64,000 bases of DNA, taken from the NCBI GenBank assembly GCA_964460855.1, contig CAYWQH010000003.1, forward strand, positions 617 to 64,616, in the 5' to 3' direction. Under the pieces are notes generated by a model. The model was not told the DNA's origin and made no database searches. It was given only the letters and a program-made list of their open reading frames with translations. Shown here one piece after another: positions 53,475 through 62,425 of the stretch. Origin of the DNA: an uncultured Candidatus Saccharibacteria bacterium. Lineage in GTDB: Bacteria > Patescibacteriota > Saccharimonadia > Saccharimonadales > UBA10212. Numbering within the stretch: position 1 is the first letter of the stretch; every line of letters starts with the position of its first letter. The translations under genes were made by a program, and so were the position numbers.

Positions 53475-54236
53475 ATGTACGGTAAAATACAAACAATGGC
53501 AAGAAAGAAAAACTTTATGAGCTACAAACTATTTTTTTGCGTGGCATTAGTCGTTATGGCGCTCGTTGGCATTAAAGTTTATAACGCCAACCACGAAGGC
53601 GGATTGTCGGTTGCTAAAAATGGCCCTAAGAACATGGGCAAAGTAGGGACGCTGTCGACGACCGACCCCGCCAGCGCGTGGGTGATAGTAAATAAAAAAC
53701 ACACCATATCCCCCAGTTACGCCCCGAAAAGCTTAGTGAACCCCAATATTCCTCTCCGGTTGGCAGCTGACCAGGATGAAATGAAAGTTGATAGCCGGAT
53801 GTCGGCGGCACTGGAGAGTTTGGTGGCCGCCGCCAACCAACAAGGGCTGCATTTACGCCTGGAAAGTGGTTACCGCTCGTATGACGCCCAAAGCCAGCTG
53901 TATAACTATTACTTATCCACTTTGGGCCAGGCCGAAACCGAGCGAAGCAGCGCCAAACCCGGCACCAGCGAGCACCAAACCGGACTGGCGGCCGACTTAG
54001 GCAGGACTGATGGGGAATGTGCCGTCCAAACTTGCTTTGCTGATACTAACGAAGGCAAATGGCTGGGCCAACACGCCGCCGATTATGGTTTTATCATACG
54101 TTATCCCAATGGGAAGGAATCTGTTACCGGTTATGAATACGAACCTTGGCATGTTAGGTTCGTGGGCACCGATTTGGCAAAAAAATTATCGGCCAGCCGC
54201 CAAACAATGGAAGAATATTTTAAAGTTTCCGGCTAG
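53475..54236 (+). CDS. VanY-type M15 D-alanyl-D-alanine carboxypeptidase
   Basis: SGYRSYDAQ, SEHQTGLAADL and YEPWHVRF, with an N-terminal TM anchor. An alternative start at ATG 53496 is possible. Confidence 0.85.
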   Translation: MYGKIQTMARKKNFMSYKLFFCVALVVMALVGIKVYNANHEGGLSVAKNGPKNMGKVGTLSTTDPASAWVIVNKKHTISPSYAPKSLVNPNIPLRLAADQDEMKVDSRMSAALESLVAAANQQGLHLRLESGYRSYDAQSQLYNYYLSTLGQAETERSSAKPGTSEHQTGLAADLGRTDGECAVQTCFADTNEGKWLGQHAADYGFIIRYPNGKESVTGYEYEPWHVRFVGTDLAKKLSASRQTMEEYFKVSG

Positions 54237-55177
54237 TTGTGCTGGTGGACAGCTTCGGCGCCAACCCAAACAAACTCCCAAGGTTCGGGCTCGGGGCCCT
54301 GCAATGCCGCGCCTTTAGGGTAGCTGGGGATCCAGCCGGCACTTTTGGCGGATTCGTAATTGTTATTTTGGATCCAGTTGTCGCAGATACTGCCAGCGAA
54401 AGCCACAAACCGGCCGCCCGGATAACAGGCTAAATCCACGGTATAGCCGGTGTGGTGCCGCGAATAGCCGGGCGGGGCGGTTACATCAAGCGTGGCATTA
54501 ACGGCGCCATCCTGGTTGCCAGCGGCAATGGCCTCGATGTTGCCTCCATGGCCGGCTAACCGCTCCATAAATAAATGGCGCTGGTAGTCAATCGACCGGT
54601 AGGCCGACAGTAACTCCAGTGGGATGTTTTGGTTTTTAGCGGCGGCTTTAAGTTGGCGCCACGACTGCAAAGCCAGTGGCTGCAATAAATCGTCGCTTTG
54701 CAAATTAAGTTCGCCGGTTTTTACTATTGGCTCTACTGGCACGGATCGCAATGTGAATCCACGGTCTTTTGCCAGCTGGAAAATCCGGGCGTCTGCCGCC
54801 GAATTGCCGCTTATAACCGGTTCGGTTGTCAACGGTTCGGTATTGGGATAAGTCGGTACCACCTGGTCGTATAGTTGCTTAAACTGATCCGGGGTAAAAG
54901 TCTTTAGCGCGCCTAACGTAATTGGCGCGGTGGCAGTCGATTTTGAAACTTTTTTGCCGGAAGAAACGGGGTTTTTTAGGGCTATATGGCTATCGATGGA
55001 CGGCCGGTTCAAAAAGTAATAACAAACTCCGGCGGCAACTAAAAGCAAAACGACAAAGCCGATGAAGTTCTTGGACGGCCGTTTGCCGGCGTGCATTACT
55101 TTTTCGGTGTGATGCCCTACAGAATGCCGTTTTTTGGTTTTTTTAACCTTAACGGCGTGGTGGTTAACAACTCGCAT
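54233..55177 (-). CDS. VanY-type M15 D-alanyl-D-alanine carboxypeptidase (paralog)
   Basis: SAYRSIDYQ, SRHHTGYTVDL and EPWEFVWVG, with a TM anchor. The 3' ends of the two paralogs overlap by 4 nt. Confidence 0.85.
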   Translation of the reverse strand: MRVVNHHAVKVKKTKKRHSVGHHTEKVMHAGKRPSKNFIGFVVLLLVAAGVCYYFLNRPSIDSHIALKNPVSSGKKVSKSTATAPITLGALKTFTPDQFKQLYDQVVPTYPNTEPLTTEPVISGNSAADARIFQLAKDRGFTLRSVPVEPIVKTGELNLQSDDLLQPLALQSWRQLKAAAKNQNIPLELLSAYRSIDYQRHLFMERLAGHGGNIEAIAAGNQDGAVNATLDVTAPPGYSRHHTGYTVDLACYPGGRFVAFAGSICDNWIQNNNYESAKSAGWIPSYPKGAALQGPEPEPWEFVWVGAEAVHQHN

Positions 55178-55242
55178 ATGCTTAGGCTAAATTATATCCC
55201 AGTTCTGGAAAAACCAACCTAATTTTGCTACGCTTAACACGC

Positions 55243-55288
55243 TGTTATATCTGTTCATTGTTCTAAATAGCGACAGGGAAAAGAGCAG
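55243..55288 (+). promoter_or_regulatory. tRNA-Gln promoter (TGtTATATC) plus conserved 5' leader box TTGTTCT-AAA-TAGCGACAGGGAAAAGAGCAG
   Basis: Extended -10 at 55243-55251. The 21-mer at 55268-55288 is 20/21 identical to 16458-16478. Confidence 0.5.
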
Positions 55289-55366
55289 GAGCGGTCCGCC
55301 CCCGGCGGATTCGGATTTATTCCGAAAGCTCCGATGAGAAAAACCGTAGGTTTGTCTCATCATCAA

Positions 55367-55441
55367 TGGGGAGTGGCCAAGTGGTAAGGCACCAGGTTTT
55401 GGTCCTGGCATTCAGGGGTTCGAATCCCTTCTCCCCAGCCA
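55367..55441 (+). tRNA. tRNA-Gln (anticodon TTG), CCA encoded
   Basis: Hand fold: TGGGGAG/CTCCCCA acceptor, CCAGG-TTTTGGT-CCTGG anticodon arm, AGGGG-TTCGAAT-CCCTT T arm, G-CCA. Confidence 0.95.
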
Positions 55442-55442
55442 C

Positions 55443-55476
55443 AAAAAACGTCTTCTTATATAGAAGACTTTTTTTA
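55443..55476. terminator. bidirectional intrinsic terminator
   Basis: AAAAAAC-GTCTTCT-TATAT-AGAAGAC-TTTTTTT, between tRNA-Gln (+) and the HD-CYTH gene (-). Confidence 0.7.
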
Positions 55477-56706
55477 TAGTTGCTTAGCGCCCAGGTTGAG
55501 CGGCTCCCGCGGGAGCCCATGTGCCAAGTTTTGATTTTTATAGCGGCGGTCTTTGCTAACGTCGCGCCCGAACCATGCCGGCGGATCGAACGTCGAAGCT
55601 TTTACTTCGGCGTCTTCCTGGCGCCCCTCAAATTCTACTTCTGCGGTCATAAGACCGGTTAGGTGGCCTTCGTATATATCTAGCTCTATTGTGTGTTTTC
55701 CATATGGAATCTTATAACGGGTCTTTTCTACTCTCATACCCGTCGTCTGGGCCCATAATACTTCAAACATATCTTTTGGCAGCTTAATGGTTTGCTCCGA
55801 TCTCTGGACCGTGCCGGCGGACTTAACCGTCAGCTCAAACCGTTCATTATCAAAACTTCTAATCCGGGTTTCCGCGCCATCGCTGCTAACTACTACATAG
55901 CCTTGGCGCAGTACTACGCGCGGGATGTTATCCAGGTCAATATCGTCCGGCAGTTCTTCAACAAGGAATTTGCGCTCGGTTTCTATAGGGCCCCTCTGGG
56001 TTTCTTTTACTTTTAATTTCTCTTCGGGATTAACTTTATACTTATTTTCAAAATCAACTGCCAACACAGCATGGGCGGCCACCAAATCTGGAAAATCGCG
56101 GCCAAAAACTTCTTGTATCCGCGCGAAAAGCTGGGAATGCGCCGCCTCCAGGCCCGCTAAGTCTGATACGCCGTAATCTTCGCGCATCACCCGCAGGCCG
56201 TCTCCAACAATGTTCACTGCTAGCGGCAGCAATTTATCTACGATTCGAACGCAAATGGATTCTTTACTTAATTGCTGTTCATATTCTTCGAAGTCTTCGG
56301 CCGCTGTGTCAGAAATAGCAGATAGCATCTCAAGGACTATTGGCTTTGCTTCCTGCTCGCGGCGCTCTTTTTCTGCCAACTCTGAATCATTCAAGTCAAA
56401 TGTCGCTACGTCGCCAACTACAATTTCTTTAATGTCATGAACTATAGATAATCTTCTGACTTTATCTACGTCTAAATCAGGATAAAATCGCTCAGCAATA
56501 GCTGGAGCCGCAATGGCCAGGCTAAAAGTATGTTCTACGTCATTTTCGCGCCGGCTATCGGCAAGCCTTGGTATTCGATCGATGTTAGAAAATTTATCTG
56601 TTAGCTGACTGGCTGCCATAACAATATTGCCAATTTCTCGTGCCGCATCATACCTCTCCCTAACATGTACTTCGCCCGGAAATCTGTCGCTATAAATATC
56701 GCTCAT
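55474..56706 (-). CDS. HD-domain phosphohydrolase (YfbR-like) fused to a CYTH domain
   Basis: The N-terminal half has ENDVEHTFSLAI...IVHDIKEIVVGD (HD motif). The C-terminal half starts with IETERKFLV (the CYTH ExExK signature). Confidence 0.8.
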   Translation of the reverse strand: MSDIYSDRFPGEVHVRERYDAAREIGNIVMAASQLTDKFSNIDRIPRLADSRRENDVEHTFSLAIAAPAIAERFYPDLDVDKVRRLSIVHDIKEIVVGDVATFDLNDSELAEKERREQEAKPIVLEMLSAISDTAAEDFEEYEQQLSKESICVRIVDKLLPLAVNIVGDGLRVMREDYGVSDLAGLEAAHSQLFARIQEVFGRDFPDLVAAHAVLAVDFENKYKVNPEEKLKVKETQRGPIETERKFLVEELPDDIDLDNIPRVVLRQGYVVVSSDGAETRIRSFDNERFELTVKSAGTVQRSEQTIKLPKDMFEVLWAQTTGMRVEKTRYKIPYGKHTIELDIYEGHLTGLMTAEVEFEGRQEDAEVKASTFDPPAWFGRDVSKDRRYKNQNLAHGLPREPLNLGAKQL

Positions 56707-56789
56707 TAGGCGTCTCCCTCGCTCTTCATTATTAAATAATAACCCCGCAAATTTTTATTCACAAACATAAAAACAATGATTGTCAAAAC

Positions 56790-56835
56790 CACTTCATTTG
56801 CCGTCAGCAAAGTGAAGTGTAAAGTTTATTTTTTG
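56790..56835 (+). other. 12-bp bulged hairpin plus T-rich tract in a divergent intergenic region
   Basis: CACTTCATTTGC-CGTCA-GCAAAGTGAAGTG, then TAAAGTTTATTTTTTG, ending 14 nt before ATG 56849. Confidence 0.3.
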
Positions 56836-56848
56836 TTATCATTAGCCC

Positions 56849-57709
56849 ATGAGCGAAGTAGTGGCAGTAGTACCGACTTATAACGCGGCTGAATTAGTAA
56901 CCGAGCGTGTGAGACAGTTAAAAAAGAGTTCTTTCGCTGCCATAGTTGTTTGTGATGATAAATCTGAAGACGATACAATTGATAGGCTTGCAGCCGCATT
57001 TGGTGATTCTATAAATGTGATGGCCGGACATACTAATGTAGGTCCAGGTAACAACCGTAATCGAGTTTTACAGCACGCTGTATTGAGCGGCAGCGAATAT
57101 ATATTTTTTCTGGATGCTGATTGCGAAGTAACATATGAGCCGGACCTGGCGGAGTTAGTCACTGCAAGCTTTACCCAACCCGATATTGGGGTTATTGGCT
57201 TTAGCATTAGCAATAAAGACGGCTCATTAATGAATTGGAATTATGGCGAGCTCATGCACCCAACTCATGAGGCCGCTGACCATCGACTAGAAGAAATGCT
57301 GCATGACGGCCGGATTACTTTTGAGCAATTTATAGCGGGTGCTCCAAACCGGGCGAAATCGTTTCGATTGCTGCCTGAATTAGAGCCGCAAGAAGTCGGC
57401 TGGGTAGCCGAGGGCTGTTTCGCCGTAAGAACCGACTTATTCAAGAAGATTGGCGGATTTGCCACAATGATGAATTACCACGAAACCCACGATTTTAACG
57501 CACGCATACAGGAAAACGGACATAAAACTTTATTCAACCCAACTAAGGTGGCCAGGCATTTGGGGCATGATACGCGCATGCACCGGCGCATCGAAGACGA
57601 AAGGGCCGGCCGGCTATATTATTACCAAACCCATTGGGGAATGAGCGAGGAAGTTTTCGCGCGCTTGTTTGACGAAAATTCTCAGCAGCAGGACGAAACA
57701 CAGAGTTAG
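56849..57709 (+). CDS. glycosyltransferase family 2
   Basis: VAVVPTYNAAELV, VVCDDKSEDDT and FFLDADC (DxD). Confidence 0.85.
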   Translation: MSEVVAVVPTYNAAELVTERVRQLKKSSFAAIVVCDDKSEDDTIDRLAAAFGDSINVMAGHTNVGPGNNRNRVLQHAVLSGSEYIFFLDADCEVTYEPDLAELVTASFTQPDIGVIGFSISNKDGSLMNWNYGELMHPTHEAADHRLEEMLHDGRITFEQFIAGAPNRAKSFRLLPELEPQEVGWVAEGCFAVRTDLFKKIGGFATMMNYHETHDFNARIQENGHKTLFNPTKVARHLGHDTRMHRRIEDERAGRLYYYQTHWGMSEEVFARLFDENSQQQDETQS

Positions 57710-57724
57710 CTCGAACCGATTTAA

Positions 57725-57754
57725 TTGCTTCAGTTCATATTGATTATGTATACT
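57725..57754 (+). promoter_or_regulatory. promoter (TTGCTT-18 nt-TATACT)
   Basis: Hexamers at 57725-57730 and 57749-57754, upstream of the 922-aa gene. Confidence 0.45.
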
Positions 57755-57827
57755 TATCCCAAGAACCAAAGAGGGTAAAAGTTATCCAAAAAATAACCAA
57801 AATTATGGTTTTTTCGGGTCAATTCGC

Positions 57828-60596
57828 ATGACCCGTTTACCTATCCCCGGTAGTGACGACGGCACTTGGGGTGATATTTTAAACACCTTTTTAGGTGTAG
57901 CCCACAATGCCGACGGGTCATTAAAGTCCAGCGCTATTTCAGCGACAGGCGCTTACGTAAAACCGGCCGGGGGCATACCAAGTACCGATTTAACCGCCGC
58001 CGTCCAAACAGTGCTGGCTAATGCTTATGTTAAGCCGGGTACCGGCATACCGAGTACGGATTTCGCGGCGTCGGTACAAACGATTCTTGCAAATGCCTAT
58101 CTAAAACCAGGCACCGGTATACCTAGCAGTGATCTGGCCGCGGCCGTCCAAACGGTTCTGGCTAACGCCTACGTTAAACCAGGGAGCGGCATACCGAGCG
58201 GCGACTTGTCAGCTGCCGTTCAGTCAGCTTTAACCCAAGCTGCCAGCGCTTACGTAGAACCAGTCGGCGGGATTCCCAGTTCGGACATGACCGTGTCGGT
58301 GCAAAACGCCTTGGCCCAGGCGGCTAGCGCTTATGTAAAACCAGGCACCGGCATACCGAGCTCTGATCTGGATTCGGCCACCCAAACGGCCTTATCGTCT
58401 GCCAGCAGCGCAGTCCAGATAGGCGGCGATATTGGCGGGACATCTGCTGCGCCGAAAGTAAAAAGCCGGGTAGCTACGGTTACAGTAGCCCCTAGCGGCA
58501 CGACAGCCGACTTTAATACTACCGGCACAAATGACCAAACGGTTATTAATACCGCTATTGCTTCTTTGCCGGCCAGCGGTGGACGGGTAGTTTTGCGGGC
58601 CGGTACTTACACTATCACCACAGCAGTAACCCTCAATAAAACCGGCGTGACCCTACAGGGTGAGGGTGTTAGCACGCTTATTAAAAACGCCGCGTCGGCT
58701 AATGATAATTTGATAACAATTTCGCAAGATGACTGTACTGTTTGCGATTTAAAACTCGACGGCAACAAAACCAACATGACAACCGACCACCACGGAATCG
58801 CCATTAACAGCTGCGCCCGGGCTAAAATTTTGCGCGTATTTATTACTGATACCGTCCATCACGGCATCCAAACGCCAAGTTCCACCGATTTATTAATCCA
58901 GGATTGCTACATTCAAAATCCCGGCAAAGCATCGAACCCGACCGCCGACGGTGTGGGCATCATCGTCGGGTCGAATGCCACTAACTGCAAAATCAGCAAT
59001 TGCACAGTATTTAATACCGGCTACCACGGCATGCAGGTTTACCACGGCACCCAAAAAGTTTTTATCGAAAACTGCCACGTCGATACCGTCGGCCAAACCG
59101 AAACTAGCGGTAACGGCAACGGGCTGGAAATCCACCCTAATTGCCAAGACGTACATGTTACCAATTGTTATTTCACTACCAGCAGTACCAGCGGGCAGGG
59201 CATTAATATGAGCTCTGACGTAATAAACGGCCAGACTTTTGGCGTGATGATCGAAAACTGTACCGTTGAAAACTTTAATAACATCGGTATACGTAACGAC
59301 GGCGCCAGTGACGTAACTATCCGCGGCTGCAATATCCGAAATAACGGTACAACCGGCAGCGCGTCGCTCGATTTTGGGATTCGCATAAATGACGGCGGCG
59401 GCTGGACATCCAAAGGTATCGTAATAAGCGGCAATAACATCTACGACAACCAGGGTTCGCCCACGCAGGGCCGGCCGATAGGGCTATATGCTTCGTCCAC
59501 TAACGTAACTATCACAGGCAATAATTTTTATAACCATGCTACTTCTAATTTACTGTTTATTGATGCCGCTTTTACCGGGCAATACACGGCCAATGGTAAC
59601 TACAACTCGTCAACAGCCGATTTAATCGTACCGGGTACCGGCAATACCAGTATCGGAATGGGACGGTCGGCTTTGAACGCCGGCAATACCCTTACGCTTA
59701 ATGCCGGAGGCGCCCAAACCGGCGTTGCCGACCAGGCCGGCGGCGATTTAAAACTTTCGTCCGGTACTTCAACCGGCAACAATCGGTCCAAAATTCAATT
59801 CTTGCTGCCGATCAGCGGTGTAGCCGGAACGGCCGACAATGCCCCTGCCGCCAGGGCAGTATTATTTGCACCAGCAAATTCAGGCGCGATACTTAGCATA
59901 ACCAATACAAGTGGGTCGACAACCGGATTAAGCCAAACCACAAACGCCTTGGCATTGGGCGGAACTTCGGCTGCCGCCATACAACAGTACCGCAACACTA
60001 ACAGCAATACGGCCGGAACAAATCTTACCGTGCAATCCGGCGGCGCGACGTCGTTGGCCACAGATAAGAATGCCGGAGACCTTATACTTACGCCGGGCAT
60101 TTCTACCGGTACCGGCACCGGACGCATAATTCTGCAAACGCCAACGCCGGCGGTCAGTACTGGCACGGCAGATAATGCCTTCGCTAACCGTATGATAATT
60201 ACTAATACCGGCATAGACGTAACCAGCTTAAAAATAACCAGCCTGGCAACTCCTATAAACCCGGCAGATGCCGCTACTAAAGCATATGTCGACGGCGCAA
60301 TAGCCGGACCGGCCAGGTTAGACGTAGCGGCTATAAACACCGATACAGCTTTAACTGCTTCAAATGACCTGGCTATAGTGGACGCATCAGGCGGAGCCGT
60401 AAATATAACTTTGCCGACGCCCACAGGTAATACTGGCAAGGTTATATATATTAAAAAAACCGATTCCAGCACCAATACCGTGAATGTTAAGCAAAACGCC
60501 GCCGAAACCATAGATGGCACGGCAAACCGGGTGCTTAACAGCCAATGGGATACTTTGGCGGTAGTAACAGACGGCACTAATTGGTTCATAATTTAG
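57828..60596 (+). CDS. tail-fibre/tailspike-like protein with a right-handed beta-helix (depolymerase-like) core
   Basis: N terminus MTRLPIPGSDDGTWGDILNTFLGVAHNADGSLK, six AYVKPGxGIPSxDL..VQ..L repeats, the beta-helix region SGGRVVLRAGTYTIT...GVTLQGEG... with NC/NN-capped coils, and C-terminal DAATKAYVDG...ETIDG...DGTNWFII. No signal peptide. Confidence 0.85.
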   Translation: MTRLPIPGSDDGTWGDILNTFLGVAHNADGSLKSSAISATGAYVKPAGGIPSTDLTAAVQTVLANAYVKPGTGIPSTDFAASVQTILANAYLKPGTGIPSSDLAAAVQTVLANAYVKPGSGIPSGDLSAAVQSALTQAASAYVEPVGGIPSSDMTVSVQNALAQAASAYVKPGTGIPSSDLDSATQTALSSASSAVQIGGDIGGTSAAPKVKSRVATVTVAPSGTTADFNTTGTNDQTVINTAIASLPASGGRVVLRAGTYTITTAVTLNKTGVTLQGEGVSTLIKNAASANDNLITISQDDCTVCDLKLDGNKTNMTTDHHGIAINSCARAKILRVFITDTVHHGIQTPSSTDLLIQDCYIQNPGKASNPTADGVGIIVGSNATNCKISNCTVFNTGYHGMQVYHGTQKVFIENCHVDTVGQTETSGNGNGLEIHPNCQDVHVTNCYFTTSSTSGQGINMSSDVINGQTFGVMIENCTVENFNNIGIRNDGASDVTIRGCNIRNNGTTGSASLDFGIRINDGGGWTSKGIVISGNNIYDNQGSPTQGRPIGLYASSTNVTITGNNFYNHATSNLLFIDAAFTGQYTANGNYNSSTADLIVPGTGNTSIGMGRSALNAGNTLTLNAGGAQTGVADQAGGDLKLSSGTSTGNNRSKIQFLLPISGVAGTADNAPAARAVLFAPANSGAILSITNTSGSTTGLSQTTNALALGGTSAAAIQQYRNTNSNTAGTNLTVQSGGATSLATDKNAGDLILTPGISTGTGTGRIILQTPTPAVSTGTADNAFANRMIITNTGIDVTSLKITSLATPINPADAATKAYVDGAIAGPARLDVAAINTDTALTASNDLAIVDASGGAVNITLPTPTGNTGKVIYIKKTDSSTNTVNVKQNAAETIDGTANRVLNSQWDTLAVVTDGTNWFII
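57951..58409 (+). repeat. six in-frame tandem repeats (3 x 72 nt, then 3 x 81 nt) inside the tail-fibre-like gene
   Basis: Each unit starts GC(T/C)TA(C/T)(G/C)T(A/T)(A/G)AACC... and encodes AYVKPGTGIPS(T/S)DL.AAVQ..LA.A. Confidence 0.85.
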
Positions 60597-60603
60597 GAGA
60601 AAT

Positions 60604-61113
60604 ATGAGTTCAGAACGCGGCATAACCAGATTTATAAAACCCCACCATTGGAGCATTCCAAGCACTTCAGCCACTTATGTGGCCGGCACCGTATATTTGC
60701 AAATGGTAGAAGTGCTGTTTGATTGTTATGTAGACGCTGTGACTATTACAAACGCAGCAACGATTTCCGGCAACTTGATAGTAGGGCTTTACGGGCCGGT
60801 AGCATTTACTACTGACACGCCAGCCGGAGCCCCTGTAGTGGTGCAGTCGGTATCTACCGCCCATGCCGGCGCCAGTACCGGCCAAATAATTACTTTTACC
60901 GAAACTTTTTTGACCAAAGGCAAGTACTATATAGCGTTTGAACTCGACAATGCCACCGCCACAGTATTCCGCCAGTTAAATATTTTAGATGTGGCTGGCT
61001 GGTCGGCAACATACGTTCGCGCCGGCGGATATGGCGCTTTAACCGATCCGTGTCCGGCTGTAACAACTACTGGCAGCAATATGCCAGGCGTGGTGCTGCG
61101 CGTTTCCCGCTAA
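60604..61113 (+). CDS. hypothetical beta-rich protein (169 aa) coupled to the tail-fibre-like gene
   Basis: Starts 7 nt after the upstream stop, with a GGAGA RBS. No motif recognised. Confidence 0.7.
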   Translation: MSSERGITRFIKPHHWSIPSTSATYVAGTVYLQMVEVLFDCYVDAVTITNAATISGNLIVGLYGPVAFTTDTPAGAPVVVQSVSTAHAGASTGQIITFTETFLTKGKYYIAFELDNATATVFRQLNILDVAGWSATYVRAGGYGALTDPCPAVTTTGSNMPGVVLRVSR

Positions 61114-61172
61114 AAATCTAGCATGCTAAAATTTATGGGACATATTTAACTAGCTGGGGTATAGCGCTTCTG

Positions 61173-61886
61173 ATGAAAAAAATCCTATCGTTATCTTTTA
61201 TACTTGCGACAATCTTAGCCTTATCTTTCAACAGGGTTTCGGCGAGTAGTTTTTATAAGGACGGTTCTACCGGTGACGATGTGGGATACCCGAACTGCTC
61301 CGCAAGAATATCCCCGGTTAGCTTTGGAATAGTTGGCGTCAATAACGGGGTCGTTTATGGACATAACAGCTGCTTAGCCGCCCAGTCTAAGAATTTCAGC
61401 GATTTAAGCTTATATATAAATACCGGGCTTAACGCCAGTGCCAGCTCCAGCTATTATGCCCAAGCCCAAATTGGATGTAACGGAGATGTTAATTGCGCCG
61501 CTTACAGTTATGGATTCAACGCAGCTAAAGACGCGGTTGCCTACTCAAAAAGCCAAGGCGTTTCCAGCGCCAAGTGGTGGCTGGACGTAGAAACAGCCAA
61601 TACCTGGAACAGCGACGCGCTGCAAAACCAAAAAAGCCTGCAAGGCGCGTATGACGCTCTGGCCGCGAATGGTGCTGCATTGGTAGGAGTTTATAGCACC
61701 ACCGCCCAGTGGCAGGGTATAACCGGCAGCTGGCAAAACAACTGGGCCAGTTGGGGTGCTACCACCTGGACTACGGCCAACCAGGCTAAAACATATTGCA
61801 CCGGCCACCAGTTTACCGGCGGGCCCAGCTTGCTGATGCAATATAAAAGCAAGCAAAGCAAAATCGACCAAGACGTCGCCTGCTAA
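61173..61886 (+). CDS. secreted glycoside-hydrolase-like protein (GH25 / Rv2525c-like fold?)
   Basis: Signal peptide MKKILSLSFILATILALSFNRVSA. FGIVGVNNG, LYINTG, WWLDVE and VGVYSTTAQW resemble, from memory, DUF1906/GH25-like TIM-barrel proteins. Confidence 0.55.
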   Translation: MKKILSLSFILATILALSFNRVSASSFYKDGSTGDDVGYPNCSARISPVSFGIVGVNNGVVYGHNSCLAAQSKNFSDLSLYINTGLNASASSSYYAQAQIGCNGDVNCAAYSYGFNAAKDAVAYSKSQGVSSAKWWLDVETANTWNSDALQNQKSLQGAYDALAANGAALVGVYSTTAQWQGITGSWQNNWASWGATTWTTANQAKTYCTGHQFTGGPSLLMQYKSKQSKIDQDVAC

Positions 61887-61889
61887 AAA

Positions 61890-62402
61890 ATGAAAGTCTT
61901 TATTTCTGCCAGTTCCGGCGTAGGGAAATCGGCGGTAATAAGCGAACTGTCCGACAGAGGCTATACGGCATACGACGCTGACGACCGGACCTTAGAACTT
62001 ACAAGGTTAGAAGACCGGAAAACAGGTGAGCCAGTTGACTGGCCAAAAGGCTGGGTAGATTGGAGCAAGTATTCGTGGAATGCCAACGAAAACCGGCTAA
62101 AAGAATTGTTGGATAGCGATGAAACAGTGTTTATCGCTGGTATTTTAGGCAACCAAGAGGGTCTTTACCATTATTTCGATAAACTTATAGCTTTAGCGAT
62201 AGACCCCGACGAACATCTACGCCGTTTAAGGGAAAGGCCCAAGCGTGAATTTGGAGATGATGAAAAAAATAACCAGGACCGGCTAGACAAATACCAAATG
62301 CATATGGGAAAATTTGCTGCTTCCGGGTTTGTCATAATAGAAAATTCAGGCCCTATATCGCAAACAGCCGACCAAATAGAACAAGCTATTAATACTAAAT
62401 AA
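61890..62402 (+). CDS. P-loop kinase, tandem paralog 1
   Basis: MKVFISASSGVGKSAVISELSDRGYTAYDADD (Walker A), with a later LRRLRERPKREFG lid. Confidence 0.8.
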   Translation: MKVFISASSGVGKSAVISELSDRGYTAYDADDRTLELTRLEDRKTGEPVDWPKGWVDWSKYSWNANENRLKELLDSDETVFIAGILGNQEGLYHYFDKLIALAIDPDEHLRRLRERPKREFGDDEKNNQDRLDKYQMHMGKFAASGFVIIENSGPISQTADQIEQAINTK

Positions 62403-62425
62403 ATTAGTTTTGCTATGATTGGCTA

